The notes: a model not told the origin generated them from the sequence alone. A stretch of 64,000 bases of DNA from an uncultured archaeon (GCA_964632315.1 CAZWEM010000007.1:16571-80570), one strand, 5' to 3'. Numbered from the stretch's first letter, positions 54,742 to 64,000 are shown. Program-made: numbers and translations.

Positions 54742-55019
54742 TGATAATTTTTTTTATCAACATGACAAATGATGTGATCAAGATATATAAATCTATGTTG
54801 TAAATCGATCATATAATGTTGCATTCCAAAAATAGCGATCCTCAATTTCAATAATATTGAGTATTTTTCTATAAAAAATCCGGTAATTAATACCAAAAAA
54901 CTATAAAAGTAGGGGTTGTTACAGCAAAATAGGTTCAAATCTTAATTGACAACACTTTTAGTTAAGCATTTTTTTTGATAAGATTTGTTGTCAAATTTAG
55001 CATTAATTTTGTTGTCAAA
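54742..55019. promoter_or_regulatory. Divergent promoter with TGATAA-N6-TTRTCA palindromes and TGTTGTCAA repeats
   Basis: TGATAA-tttttt-TTATCA 54742-59 and TGATAA-gatttg-TTGTCA 54976-93. TTGACAACA 54946-54. TTTGTTGTCAAA at 54984 and 55008. Confidence 0.5.
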
Positions 55020-55100
55020 CTCTTTAAATTTGGAATAAATGGTTTTTCAATTAGAAAACTGTATTCAACTAATTTCCAACGAAAAAAAGGTGGTAAAAAA

Positions 55101-55721
55101 ATGGAAGTATTAGAATTGAACGGTCCCAAGGATGTAAAAATTATTGTATACATGGCAAAGTCAGAAAAGTCAGATATTCAGAAGGGATTCGATAGTAGAG
55201 TCCTTTCTTTTATCAAGGAAAAAGGAGTAAAGTTTGTAACCATTGATTTTCAAATTGACATTAAATCATTCAAAAATACAGACTTAGGAAAAGTATTAGA
55301 AAAGTCAGGAATTCCATTTTATCAAGTTGATATTCCTGAATATGCTATGGGATATATTTATGAGGAAATAGTGGAGAAGGAAGAATTAATGAATGAGTTA
55401 TGCGATGAATATGAATCAATGGAGAATAAGGATAGTTATAAAGGAGAAAGCTTGAAAAATTGGATTGACCTGCTTCATGAAGAAATCCAGCAGAAAGAAA
55501 ATTATATTAGTCTAAAATTAAGACCGCAGTGGATTGTTAAAAAAATGTTGGATCTATCTAAAACTCATAGAGCAAATCGAGTAGTATTCCTTCATTATGT
55601 CCAAACGGACATTTGTGAAGATATTTGCCCACAAGTCACACAACAATTAAGAGAAGTGGGCGTTAAGGTAATTAATTATAATGTAAAAAAACATTTAAGA
55701 GAAATATTAGCAAAATCTTAA
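55101..55721 (+). CDS. Hypothetical protein, paralog of the N-terminal domain of the next gene
   Basis: ATG 55101 follows AGGTGG. IPFYQVDIPEYA...W...L.EE..QKE......R..W..K.L aligns with the N-terminus of the downstream protein. Confidence 0.75.
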   Translation: MEVLELNGPKDVKIIVYMAKSEKSDIQKGFDSRVLSFIKEKGVKFVTIDFQIDIKSFKNTDLGKVLEKSGIPFYQVDIPEYAMGYIYEEIVEKEELMNELCDEYESMENKDSYKGESLKNWIDLLHEEIQQKENYISLKLRPQWIVKKMLDLSKTHRANRVVFLHYVQTDICEDICPQVTQQLREVGVKVINYNVKKHLREILAKS

Positions 55722-55737
55722 AAAGGTGAAAATAAAA

Positions 55738-57432
55738 ATGTCTGAAACCTTAGAATTAAAAGCAATAAAGGACAAAAACCTAAAATTGGTAATGGTAGAA
55801 AGCGAATTTCCTATAGATTGGTTTTTTAATAAGGAAAAAAATGATGATTCATTACTTTTGAATTTACATTTTGTCTCTAAACAATATCTACACGTCATTG
55901 AAGGTTTGATTGATCAGTATAAACCCAAGTTTATTTTGGAAGAAAAAGGTAATCGAGACGAAGCTTTTACTGAGGATGATCCTTTAAAAGACCTCTTTAA
56001 AAGTAGAAATATTCCTTATGAAATGGTCGATATTTCTGAACAAGCAGAAGATTATTTGCGAGCATCTTTAGATGATCATAAAGCATTAATTAAACAGTTA
56101 ACTGGAAAGATTGATCAAATGATAAAAGTGAACCATGGAGCACCCCCCATTAATGATGAGACATTCTCTCAATTAATCATGTGGAGGGAACATTTACAAG
56201 AAGAATATGACCAGAAAGAAGATGAGGTAAGATATAAAGTTCGGGAAGCGTGGATGATGATGAAGGTATTAAAACAAGCCAAAAGTTTTACGGATAAAAA
56301 GCTTTCAGGCCTCTTCATTTGCGATGAGCGCCATTTTGAGGGATTAGAAAATCTAGCAACAAATTTAAATGTCTTGACGGAGCAAATAAAGATTAAAAAA
56401 GAGATTGCAATAGAACAACCAATGCTTTTAAACACCGATGGAAGCATTTCTACTGCTAATGAAAGTCCAAGCGCTGTAGGAAAATCAATGTGGGAATTGT
56501 CTGCCATAAAGATAAAAAAAGCAGATACTTCTGATAAGATATGTTATTTCTTTGATACTGATGAGATGGCTTCTCCATTTGACATTAACATGGCATATGA
56601 TGCTGGGTTTGATGTGGTAGTACCTGTACCTAGTATTAATGCTGATAAAGTACCAAAATTAGTTCAAGACGCAATCTTCTCTCGTAAACCAAATGCTCCC
56701 ACAACCTTCTTTATAGGAGGATCAAATGTCCTTGAAGGAGAAAAAATAGCAAAAAAGGTAATAAAATCATTGGTTCCTCCTTTTGAATGTCCTGTAATCA
56801 TTGATCCTCGTGGTTCTCATACCACTGCATCTGCTGTTGTAGCCATGACCATAGATATTGCAAGAAAAGAGCATGGAATAAAGGATGTTAAAGGAAAAAA
56901 AGTGATTATCTTTGGGGCAGGCCCCGTTGGTAGGATTGCTGCTATACTTGGAGCTAAGTTAAAGTGTGACACTTATCTTATCGAAACTTGGGATAAAGGA
57001 TCTAAGAAAGCAATTGAAAAGCTAGCAGAGGAACTCACTAAAGAAGCTGGAGAAAACGCAACGAAGGTCAAGGGTATATTTGCACCAACAATAGAAGAAA
57101 GAGTTGAGATTAGCAAAGATGCAAGTTTCATATGGTCCTTAGCAGCTGCGGGTGTAGAAGTTTTACCTGTTCACGCTATGCAGAAACTCTCAGGAAAGAA
57201 GATAGTCGTGGATATTAATCTGGTCCCTCCATATGGAATTGAAGGAATCAAACCAAAACACAAGAATGATGAGATTTATCCTGGAATTTTCGGAATAGGA
57301 GCTCTGGCTTTAGGAAGACTGAAATCAGAATCAGAAGGCCAAATTTTAAAAGAAGCAGCTCAAACTAAGGGTAAAAGGATTTTTGATTATAATTATGCAT
57401 TTGAAAAGGCAAATGAACTCTTAGCTAAATAA
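55738..57432 (+). CDS. mtdB: Fusion: unknown N-terminal domain + NAD(P)-dependent methylene-H4MPT dehydrogenase (MtdA/MtdB family)
   Basis: ATG 55738 follows AGGTGA. C-terminal half has SPFDINMAYDAG, VQDAIFSR, FIGG, DPRGSHTTASA, FGAGPVG, AAAGV, DINLVPPYGIEG, IGALALG.LK. Confidence 0.8.
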   Translation: MSETLELKAIKDKNLKLVMVESEFPIDWFFNKEKNDDSLLLNLHFVSKQYLHVIEGLIDQYKPKFILEEKGNRDEAFTEDDPLKDLFKSRNIPYEMVDISEQAEDYLRASLDDHKALIKQLTGKIDQMIKVNHGAPPINDETFSQLIMWREHLQEEYDQKEDEVRYKVREAWMMMKVLKQAKSFTDKKLSGLFICDERHFEGLENLATNLNVLTEQIKIKKEIAIEQPMLLNTDGSISTANESPSAVGKSMWELSAIKIKKADTSDKICYFFDTDEMASPFDINMAYDAGFDVVVPVPSINADKVPKLVQDAIFSRKPNAPTTFFIGGSNVLEGEKIAKKVIKSLVPPFECPVIIDPRGSHTTASAVVAMTIDIARKEHGIKDVKGKKVIIFGAGPVGRIAAILGAKLKCDTYLIETWDKGSKKAIEKLAEELTKEAGENATKVKGIFAPTIEERVEISKDASFIWSLAAAGVEVLPVHAMQKLSGKKIVVDINLVPPYGIEGIKPKHKNDEIYPGIFGIGALALGRLKSESEGQILKEAAQTKGKRIFDYNYAFEKANELLAK

Positions 57433-57433
57433 T

Positions 57434-57448
57434 TCTTTTTTTTATTTT
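57434..57448 (+). terminator. Oligo-T archaeal intrinsic terminator candidate
   Basis: T-rich tract immediately after the stop of 55738-57432. Confidence 0.35.
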
Positions 57449-57488
57449 AAATTCAAAAATTATCAAACTTTAAACGGGGGCTTTAAAA

Positions 57489-59708
57489 GTGGATAGGAAT
57501 GTAAATTTTAAAAATGATCCATCAGAATTGAGAGTTAAGGATGCATTTAAAGAAGACGCGGGAAAGGGAATTGTAAGAATAGATACGTCCATCATGCAGG
57601 AATTGAATTTAAAAGCTGGTGATGTCATAGAGATTGTACACCCCCATGTTAATAAAAAAACTGTAGCCTTGGTGAGTCCTGGAAAGGAGGAGGAAAAGGA
57701 AAAAAATATTATCCGCATTGATCCTTCTATAAGAAGAAATTTGGGGTCTTCTATTGATGATATAATCAAAATACGCAAAATTGAAGCAAGTATTGCTAAT
57801 AGTGTAATATTTACTGGAGTTGATGACTCTTTGATACTGAGGAATACTCAACAACTCGCAAGAAGATTAGAAAATAGAGTTGTAACAAAGGGAGATATTT
57901 TAAGTTTTTATACCTATGGTAAAAGAATTGATTTGGTAGTTCTTGATTTCACGCCTAAATCAGAAGCTGTTCGAATTTTTTTAACTACAAAATTTGAACT
58001 TACTGATCATGTTCAAGTTCAAAAAGAATATAAAAAAATAGAAACAGGACATATAACATATGAAGATATTGGCGGATTAGATGAGACAATACAGAAAATT
58101 CGGGAGATGATTGAAGTCCCTATTAGGCATCCTGAATTATTCAAAAGAATAGGAGTTTCAGCTCCTAAAGGAGTATTATTATATGGTCCTCCAGGAACGG
58201 GAAAAACTTTATTAGCTAGAGCTGTAGCTTATGAAACAGACGCTCATTTCTTTACTATTAGTGGCCCAGAAATAATGAGTAAATTTTACGGGCAGAGTGA
58301 AGAAAACCTAAGGAAAATATTTGATGAAGCGAAGGAAAAAGCACCAGCTATCATTTTTCTTGATGAAATGGATTCGATCGCTCCTAAACGTGGTGAAACT
58401 GGAGAAGTAGAAAGAAGAGTGGTTGCTCAACTGCTAGCTTTAATGGATGGCTTAGAAAGTAGAGGGGAAATCATTGTAATGGGTGCAACAAATCGCGTGA
58501 ATGATATTGATGAAGCTTTAAGGAGGCCTGGTAGATTTGATAGAGAAATTGAAATAATAGTGCCCGATTCAAAGGGTAGATATGAAGTATTGCAAATTCA
58601 TACAAGAGGCATGCCTTTAGATAATGACGTCGATTTAAGATTTATTGCTGAAAAAACACATGGTTTTGTAGGAGCAGATATCGAACTTTTAGCAAAAGAA
58701 GTTGCGATTTTAGCTATTCGAGACTTTTTGCCTAATGTTGATTTAGAAAAAGCAATTCCTCCAGACGTTCTCAGTAATATTAAGATAAAGATGAAACATT
58801 TTCTTCAAGCCCTTACCACGATTCAGCCTTCTGCTTTAAGGGAAGTTTTAATATCTACTCCAACTGAAACGTGGGAGGATATTGGGGGATTAGAAGATGC
58901 TATACTTCAATTAAAGGAAGTAGTAGAATGGCCATTGAAATATCCAAAGTTGTATAAACGGATGGATTCTGAACCTCCTAACGGAATATTATTATATGGT
59001 CCACCCGGAACCGGTAAGACCTTGATTGCAAGAGCTTTAGCACACGAGAGTGAGGCAAACTTTATTTCCATAAAAGGTCCAGAAATTTTATCAAAATGGG
59101 TGGGAGAAAGTGAAAAAGCAATTAGAGAAACTTTTAGAAAAGCGAGATCTACCACTCCGTGTATAATATTTTTTGATGAAATTGATGCGATAGCTAGCGC
59201 TAGAGGGCGATATGCACAGAACCAAACGATAGAAAATGTAGTTTCACAATTACTCACAGAAATGGATGGTTTAGAGGATGTAAAAGGCATAATATTATTA
59301 GCTGCAACTAATAGACCAGACATGTTAGACACCGCTCTTTTACGTTCAGGAAGATTTGGAAGGCATATAGAGATTTCTTTACCTGACTTGTCTGCAAGGA
59401 AAGATATTTTAAACATTCATTTTAAAGATAAACCTATATCAAATGAGGTAGACTTGAATCAAGTTGCTGAGATATTGAGTGGATTTTCCGGGGCAGACAT
59501 TAAAGCATTATGCCAAGAAGCTATATTACTGACTATTAGAAAGGCTATAAAAGGTGATATTGATGATGAAGATGAGCATTCTTTAGCTAACGTCCTTATT
59601 ACCGAAAATGAGATAAACGAAGCATTTCATAAAGTTGGAAAATCTATTGCCAGAGCTAAAAAAACATATGAAAAAGAAAAACTGAACTCTGAAAGGATAT
59701 ATTTATAG
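57489..59708 (+). CDS. cdc48: CDC48/VCP family AAA+ ATPase
   Basis: Double-psi N domain ([10 protein letters not shown]), two GPPGTGKT Walker A motifs, [17 protein letters not shown] and LRSGRF. C-terminal IYL (HbYX). Confidence 0.96.
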   Translation: MDRNVNFKNDPSELRVKDAFKEDAGKGIVRIDTSIMQELNLKAGDVIEIVHPHVNKKTVALVSPGKEEEKEKNIIRIDPSIRRNLGSSIDDIIKIRKIEASIANSVIFTGVDDSLILRNTQQLARRLENRVVTKGDILSFYTYGKRIDLVVLDFTPKSEAVRIFLTTKFELTDHVQVQKEYKKIETGHITYEDIGGLDETIQKIREMIEVPIRHPELFKRIGVSAPKGVLLYGPPGTGKTLLARAVAYETDAHFFTISGPEIMSKFYGQSEENLRKIFDEAKEKAPAIIFLDEMDSIAPKRGETGEVERRVVAQLLALMDGLESRGEIIVMGATNRVNDIDEALRRPGRFDREIEIIVPDSKGRYEVLQIHTRGMPLDNDVDLRFIAEKTHGFVGADIELLAKEVAILAIRDFLPNVDLEKAIPPDVLSNIKIKMKHFLQALTTIQPSALREVLISTPTETWEDIGGLEDAILQLKEVVEWPLKYPKLYKRMDSEPPNGILLYGPPGTGKTLIARALAHESEANFISIKGPEILSKWVGESEKAIRETFRKARSTTPCIIFFDEIDAIASARGRYAQNQTIENVVSQLLTEMDGLEDVKGIILLAATNRPDMLDTALLRSGRFGRHIEISLPDLSARKDILNIHFKDKPISNEVDLNQVAEILSGFSGADIKALCQEAILLTIRKAIKGDIDDEDEHSLANVLITENEINEAFHKVGKSIARAKKTYEKEKLNSERIYL

Positions 59709-59894
59709 ATCCTTTCCATTTTTTTTATTTTGTAAAGAAAATACAGGTTTTCATTTATGAAAAAAAAAAATCTCAAAACAAAAATTTGATTAAAAAAATT
59801 ATCAAAAACTCCAAAATTTCTCTTATCAAATTTTTTATATTGGAATTGGATTATTTATCATTTAGTAATAACAAAATAAAAAAGTGATTGAAAA

Positions 59895-60113
59895 ATGACT
59901 ACGACTATTCAAGTTTTTAAGAAAGATTTTCATAATGATCAAGTTGCTAATAGGAGCTTTTTTGAAGAAATGAAAAAAGGATGGGAGTGGTTCGAAAATG
60001 ATCAAGAACTTCAGAGATTACAAGAATTTAAAAAGGCTTATGAAGAAGAAGTTGATAAAGATTCATTTAATGCCCAAATGTTGGCAACTTATATAGATTT
60101 ACTCGAAAAATAA
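59895..60113 (+). CDS. Small hypothetical protein
   Basis: 72-aa helical acidic ORF preceded by AAGTGA and followed by a T-rich tract. Confidence 0.6.
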   Translation: MTTTIQVFKKDFHNDQVANRSFFEEMKKGWEWFENDQELQRLQEFKKAYEEEVDKDSFNAQMLATYIDLLEK

Positions 60114-60230
60114 TTAAAATTATTTTTTCCCTCTTATTTTTCTCGCATTAGACATTTTGCAATCATAAAAAGAGTTCTTAAAATATAGGTTATTATTACT
60201 TTATAGTTCAACAATGGATGAGATGCAAAA

Positions 60231-61220
60231 ATGGTCAGAATTCTAACTAAGCAAGATGTTTTTGAGTTGTTATCGATGAATGATGCCTTAAAATATGTTG
60301 AAGAGGCATATAAACAACTTACACTAGGAAAAGCGATTGTTCCTCAGAGAATCGCTATAACAGATCCAGCTCCTGGTTTAACTTTAATCATGCCGGGAAT
60401 AATTGGTGGAGAAATGAATGCTTTGGCAACAAAAATTGTATCAGTATACAAACAAAATCCTGAAAAATACAATATGCCAACTGTTTTGGCTAAAATAATG
60501 GTTCAAGACATAAACACAGGAGATATTGTCGGGATAATGGATGGGAGTCTAATTACTGCAATGAGAACTGGCGCTGCTACAGGAGTTTCTGTGAAGTACT
60601 TAGCTCGCAAGAATAGTAAAACTATGGGTATATATAGTGCTGGAGTACAAGCAAGAAAACAAGTTGTGGGTGTTTATTGGGGTTTAAATAAGAAATTAGA
60701 AAAATGCAAAGTCTATGATTTAAAAAGAGAGACAGCTTTAGAATTCAAGAAAGAACTTGAAAAAGAGTTAGGAATTGAAATAGAAATAGTCAACTCTGGT
60801 GATGATGTACTTAGAGATACAGACATTATAGTTGCTGCTACAACTAGTACTACTCCCTTATTTGATGGAAATAAGGTTCGTGAGGGGACTCATATTTCAT
60901 CAATCGGAGCTCATGCTGCAGAAATAAGGGAATTAGATTCGACTATTATAAAACGAGCAAGCGTCTTAGTAGCTGGCTTAAAAGAAGCCTGTTTAGCAGA
61001 AGCGGGAGATTATATAATTCCTATTAATGAAGGGATTATTATGTCTGATAAAGTAGTTTCGATTGGGGATATTATAACGGGAAAAGCCACAGGCCGCGGA
61101 AAAGAATCGGATATCACGATATTCAAATCAGTGGGAATTAGTGCTCAAGATGTTGCCACGGCTAAGCTTGTTTATGACAGAGCAATCGAACAAGGAATAG
61201 GACAAGATATTAATTTTTAA
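60231..61220 (+). CDS. Ornithine cyclodeaminase / mu-crystallin family (archaeal alanine dehydrogenase-like)
   Basis: MPG, TKIVSVY, ITAMRTGAA, AGVQA, GTHISSIGA, FKSVGISAQD. Confidence 0.9.
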   Translation: MVRILTKQDVFELLSMNDALKYVEEAYKQLTLGKAIVPQRIAITDPAPGLTLIMPGIIGGEMNALATKIVSVYKQNPEKYNMPTVLAKIMVQDINTGDIVGIMDGSLITAMRTGAATGVSVKYLARKNSKTMGIYSAGVQARKQVVGVYWGLNKKLEKCKVYDLKRETALEFKKELEKELGIEIEIVNSGDDVLRDTDIIVAATTSTTPLFDGNKVREGTHISSIGAHAAEIRELDSTIIKRASVLVAGLKEACLAEAGDYIIPINEGIIMSDKVVSIGDIITGKATGRGKESDITIFKSVGISAQDVATAKLVYDRAIEQGIGQDINF

Positions 61221-61284
61221 TTTATTTTTTCACACTTTATCATAATTAAGTCAAGAGAAAGGGAATTCTATGTTTTCCGATCAG

Positions 61285-63423
61285 TTAATCCTTTAAAATT
61301 TGGTAAGCTACTATTGAGAATATGCCAGGAATGCTAAAACCAAGGATTAGAGTCAACCAATCAGGGAATTTGAATGACATCGCTCCCAAAAAATCAAGAA
61401 CTAGGCTCCCTAATGTAAAAACGCCAAGCATTGTGAGAAATAATTCAACTCTCCTACTCCTCCTAGCAGATTCAATCTCATCTAATTGACTTATTAAATC
61501 TCGTAAATTTTCCATTTTTGAGGTTGCTGCTTCAAGGATTTCATCAGTTCTCCATGATTTTCTTATCCTTTCAATAAATGTCATGCTATAATAAGTAGAG
61601 GTCACATTCCTAGACTTATGAGTGTCTAATACTAAAATTATGTGATTCAACAAAGCATTTACAGCATAAACATCTCTATATCCTTCAGTTCTTTTATGTT
61701 TCAAGTGAGAAGTCACTACATTTAACAAGAGATAAAATCCTCTATCTAATTCCCAAACTATTTTCCAAGTATAATGTTGAATCGCGATCCATTGAACCCA
61801 ATCTTCATTAGCAATAAGCTTTGGTGATCTATTCTGTATATCTGGAACATTTGGCAAACAGATCAATGAATCTCCTGATTCAACATACGCAAACACTTTA
61901 GGAAATATCGAATAATTGTAAATTCCATCTTGGTTGAGGTTCAAGAGGGTTTCCTGAAAATGATTAGATTCAAGATCAAAATCATTTGGCATAATTGCAA
62001 CTAACGTACTGTGAGTCCAAAATAATTGTGTAGTGATTTCTTCAGATAATTGAGTAAAATCTAAAATTGGGGTCTTAAGAATTGGTGGCTTTATATCTTT
62101 TACAACTTTTGTCAAGATAGAGTTTATTTCAATGATTATCGGTGCGAAAATTGATTCCATATCTATCCCAAACTCTGTTAAAAGATGCGAATGCCGCTGT
62201 ATAAAAAACCTTACTCTTTTTATTACTGCACTATCTTGCCAAGATTCGGGAGGAATATAAACTATAAAGTGAAGAATTGCACAATTAAAGTGATATATAT
62301 TAATATAAATCTCATCTAATCTAACATCAATATATTTGTTATCATTAATCCTTATATTAAATTCCCTTATTGGTAATGCATTTGTCACGTCAACACTGAG
62401 AAATGTCCCAACTTTAGGTGGAGAATAATTATCTACCGCTCCAGAAGCTAGAACTCCAGCACCCTCATCAGACCAATCAAATTTATCATGATTTTTTGTT
62501 AAATATTCGAGAATTATTTTACGATATTTTTTTTCATCAGCGATTGTATCAAAATCGAATATATAATCTGGACTAAATACGCCCGTTCCATAAAAGTAAA
62601 GTTCTTCAGCTTTAGGTAAATCCTGTGAATAATTGGTTGGTTCTTGTTCTTTATTGACACTAGCTATAATTCTAACTCCAAATTTAAATCCCTCGTCAAT
62701 CATTTTCAAAAGCATATTATGCCATTTATCTGGAACTTTTAGCTTTTGATGATAAATTTTTTCCATTCCACGCATATGTTTAAAATAGATTTCACTAAGA
62801 TCTTCAAAAATGATATTAGAAAAACCAGCATCTTTTAGATCTTGAATAAAGTCATACACCGAGATCCTAATCATCTCTGGAGATCCAACTTCACGGTTGA
62901 CCTTTTCAAATTGCTTGATCTTCTCTTTAGGTACATTAGAGAATGGAATCCATAATTGAAATCCTAACCTTCCATGATTTTTCAGGACTCGTCTAATTTC
63001 CTTAAAAATTGTCTTTCTATTTTTATGTGCTAATCCATCAGGATCTTGCCCATAAACTACGTCAAAGGAAGAATCGTGGTAAGGTAAATCAAATACATCA
63101 CCAACTTTAAAATCTACCAAATCGGAGACTTCTTGAGATTTTGCTTTTTCCTTCGCGGCTGAAATAGCCTTGTCTAGTATATCTATTCCACTGACCTTAA
63201 GACTATACTCTTTTGCTAGCCAACACGCAGTGCTACCTTCACCACAGCATACATCAAGTACTTTTTGAGAATTCGATAATTCTAATCTTTTAACAAGATC
63301 AAAAGTAGCCTTCCAACCACCGAAATGCAACTGTTCACGTGGCTCAGGCCAAAATTCAGCAAGTCGTTCGATAATGGTCTTATCAACAGTTCCGCTTGGT
63401 AATTCTTTTTTAGGTTTTTTCAA
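61285..63423 (-). CDS. Fusion: class I SAM methyltransferase + C-terminal domain with CorA-like 2TM end
   Basis: N-term HFGG..AT, VLDVCCGEG, GIDI, GDVFDLPY..SSFDVV, RVLK..G. C-term long helix then RRVELFLTMLGVFTL and a second TM; no GMN motif. Confidence 0.7.
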   Translation of the reverse strand: MKKPKKELPSGTVDKTIIERLAEFWPEPREQLHFGGWKATFDLVKRLELSNSQKVLDVCCGEGSTACWLAKEYSLKVSGIDILDKAISAAKEKAKSQEVSDLVDFKVGDVFDLPYHDSSFDVVYGQDPDGLAHKNRKTIFKEIRRVLKNHGRLGFQLWIPFSNVPKEKIKQFEKVNREVGSPEMIRISVYDFIQDLKDAGFSNIIFEDLSEIYFKHMRGMEKIYHQKLKVPDKWHNMLLKMIDEGFKFGVRIIASVNKEQEPTNYSQDLPKAEELYFYGTGVFSPDYIFDFDTIADEKKYRKIILEYLTKNHDKFDWSDEGAGVLASGAVDNYSPPKVGTFLSVDVTNALPIREFNIRINDNKYIDVRLDEIYINIYHFNCAILHFIVYIPPESWQDSAVIKRVRFFIQRHSHLLTEFGIDMESIFAPIIIEINSILTKVVKDIKPPILKTPILDFTQLSEEITTQLFWTHSTLVAIMPNDFDLESNHFQETLLNLNQDGIYNYSIFPKVFAYVESGDSLICLPNVPDIQNRSPKLIANEDWVQWIAIQHYTWKIVWELDRGFYLLLNVVTSHLKHKRTEGYRDVYAVNALLNHIILVLDTHKSRNVTSTYYSMTFIERIRKSWRTDEILEAATSKMENLRDLISQLDEIESARRSRRVELFLTMLGVFTLGSLVLDFLGAMSFKFPDWLTLILGFSIPGIFSIVAYQILKD

Positions 63424-63630
63424 GAATTATTACCCTTTTAAGTTAAATACTCTTAGATTGCATTTTAAATAAATGCACCTCTTATAATAGGCTCCAGTTA
63501 TACAGAAACGAAACTGAATCGATCTTTTAATGTATTTACTTGTGAAAATGCAAATTTAGAATCTAATAAATTGGACCTTTTTTCCTTCCAGTTTCCTTTA
63601 ATTTTCTGACCCGCTGACTCAACGCGCGTT

Positions 63631-63999
63631 TTAAATTTTTGAATTAAATTGATAATCTTTTATTTTACCATGAATCTCGATTTTATTATATTTAGATCTT
63701 GTAGATTGAAAATGGACAATGACCGGTGTTTCTTTTAGCAATGGAAAGTGATCAAATAATTCAGAATCTCCATAGATAATAGCGTCTAATACCATAGGTA
63801 AGTGATAACGGAAAATTTTGTCTCGCATTGCTGCCCATCCAAATATAAATCCCCCACTTACATGTAAGTATACATGAAGCTCTTTTCTATCACCATTAAG
63901 AATCCATTCCGCTAAAACTTCATCACGCATAAAGCGAGTATAAAAAGAGGAAATTTGCTTAATATCATAATCACAATCAATTTTTAAAAATAATTCGCC
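63631..63999 (-). CDS. Staygreen (SGR, Mg-dechelatase-like) family protein, 5'-truncated by window
   Basis: Open to the window end: GELFLKID...YTRFMRDEVLAEW, LHVYLHVSG, R.KIF...LP.VL.AI.YGD..LF, VHFQS..KYN..E. Confidence 0.85.
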   Translation of the reverse strand, partial: GELFLKIDCDYDIKQISSFYTRFMRDEVLAEWILNGDRKELHVYLHVSGGFIFGWAAMRDKIFRYHLPMVLDAIIYGDSELFDHFPLLKETPVIVHFQSTRSKYNKIEIHGKIKDYQFNSKI

Positions 64000-64000
64000 T

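Noticed and set aside
54558-55153. ORF-track entries 54558-54938(-), 54962-55153(-) and the 54975 N-terminal extension
   Set aside because: They are low-complexity frames spanning the divergent promoter. The real start is better supported at ATG 55101 (AGGTGG upstream, and it aligns with the paralog N-terminus).
61285-63423. Type III CRISPR SAM-AMP/CorA effector locus
   Set aside because: No cas genes, array, NrN phosphodiesterase or SAM lyase in the window. Only the architectural analogy is kept.
63500-63660. GC-richer patch (AACGCGCGTT) and an alternative open frame after the staygreen stop
   Set aside because: There is no start codon in that frame and no recognisable RNA structure or second copy.

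Overview
This is an AT-rich archaeal chromosomal window. Its gene content points to an Asgard archaeon, most likely Lokiarchaeia: a Rab-like GTPase, a gelsolin-domain protein, an IPGY-TM-basic C-terminal sorting signal, CDC48, Hdr/Mvh proteins and an H4MPT enzyme. It holds about 55 protein-coding genes, mostly metabolic and transport. I recognised no rRNA, tRNA, CRISPR array or intact transposase. The best candidate for a new system is 49082-54697. There a winged-helix DNA-binding domain is fused to a degenerate HdrA plus MvhD and co-encoded with an MvhG/MvhA-like [NiFe]-hydrogenase. The large subunit shows both hallmarks of bacterial H2-sensor hydrogenases: Gln instead of His in RxCGxCxxxH, and no cleavable C-terminal extension. 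This suggests a hydrogenase-coupled one-component transcription factor. It faces a divergent MtdB-fusion operon across a promoter containing TGATAA-N6-TTRTCA palindromes. The second highlight is a two-component system with a REC-Lrp/AsnC regulator next to gdhA, with recurring 13-bp YGAAY-N3-RTTCR palindromes, several about 30 bp apart, in the three neighbouring promoters. Other points of interest: an orphan C5 DNA methyltransferase coupled to a MIG/TDG-like glycosylase, a gelsolin plus tandem-repeat protein, a methyltransferase-CorA-like fusion beside a staygreen homolog, a nonsense-interrupted regulator paralog and a diverged ~200-bp intergenic direct repeat. All calls come from reading motifs by eye; no searches were run.
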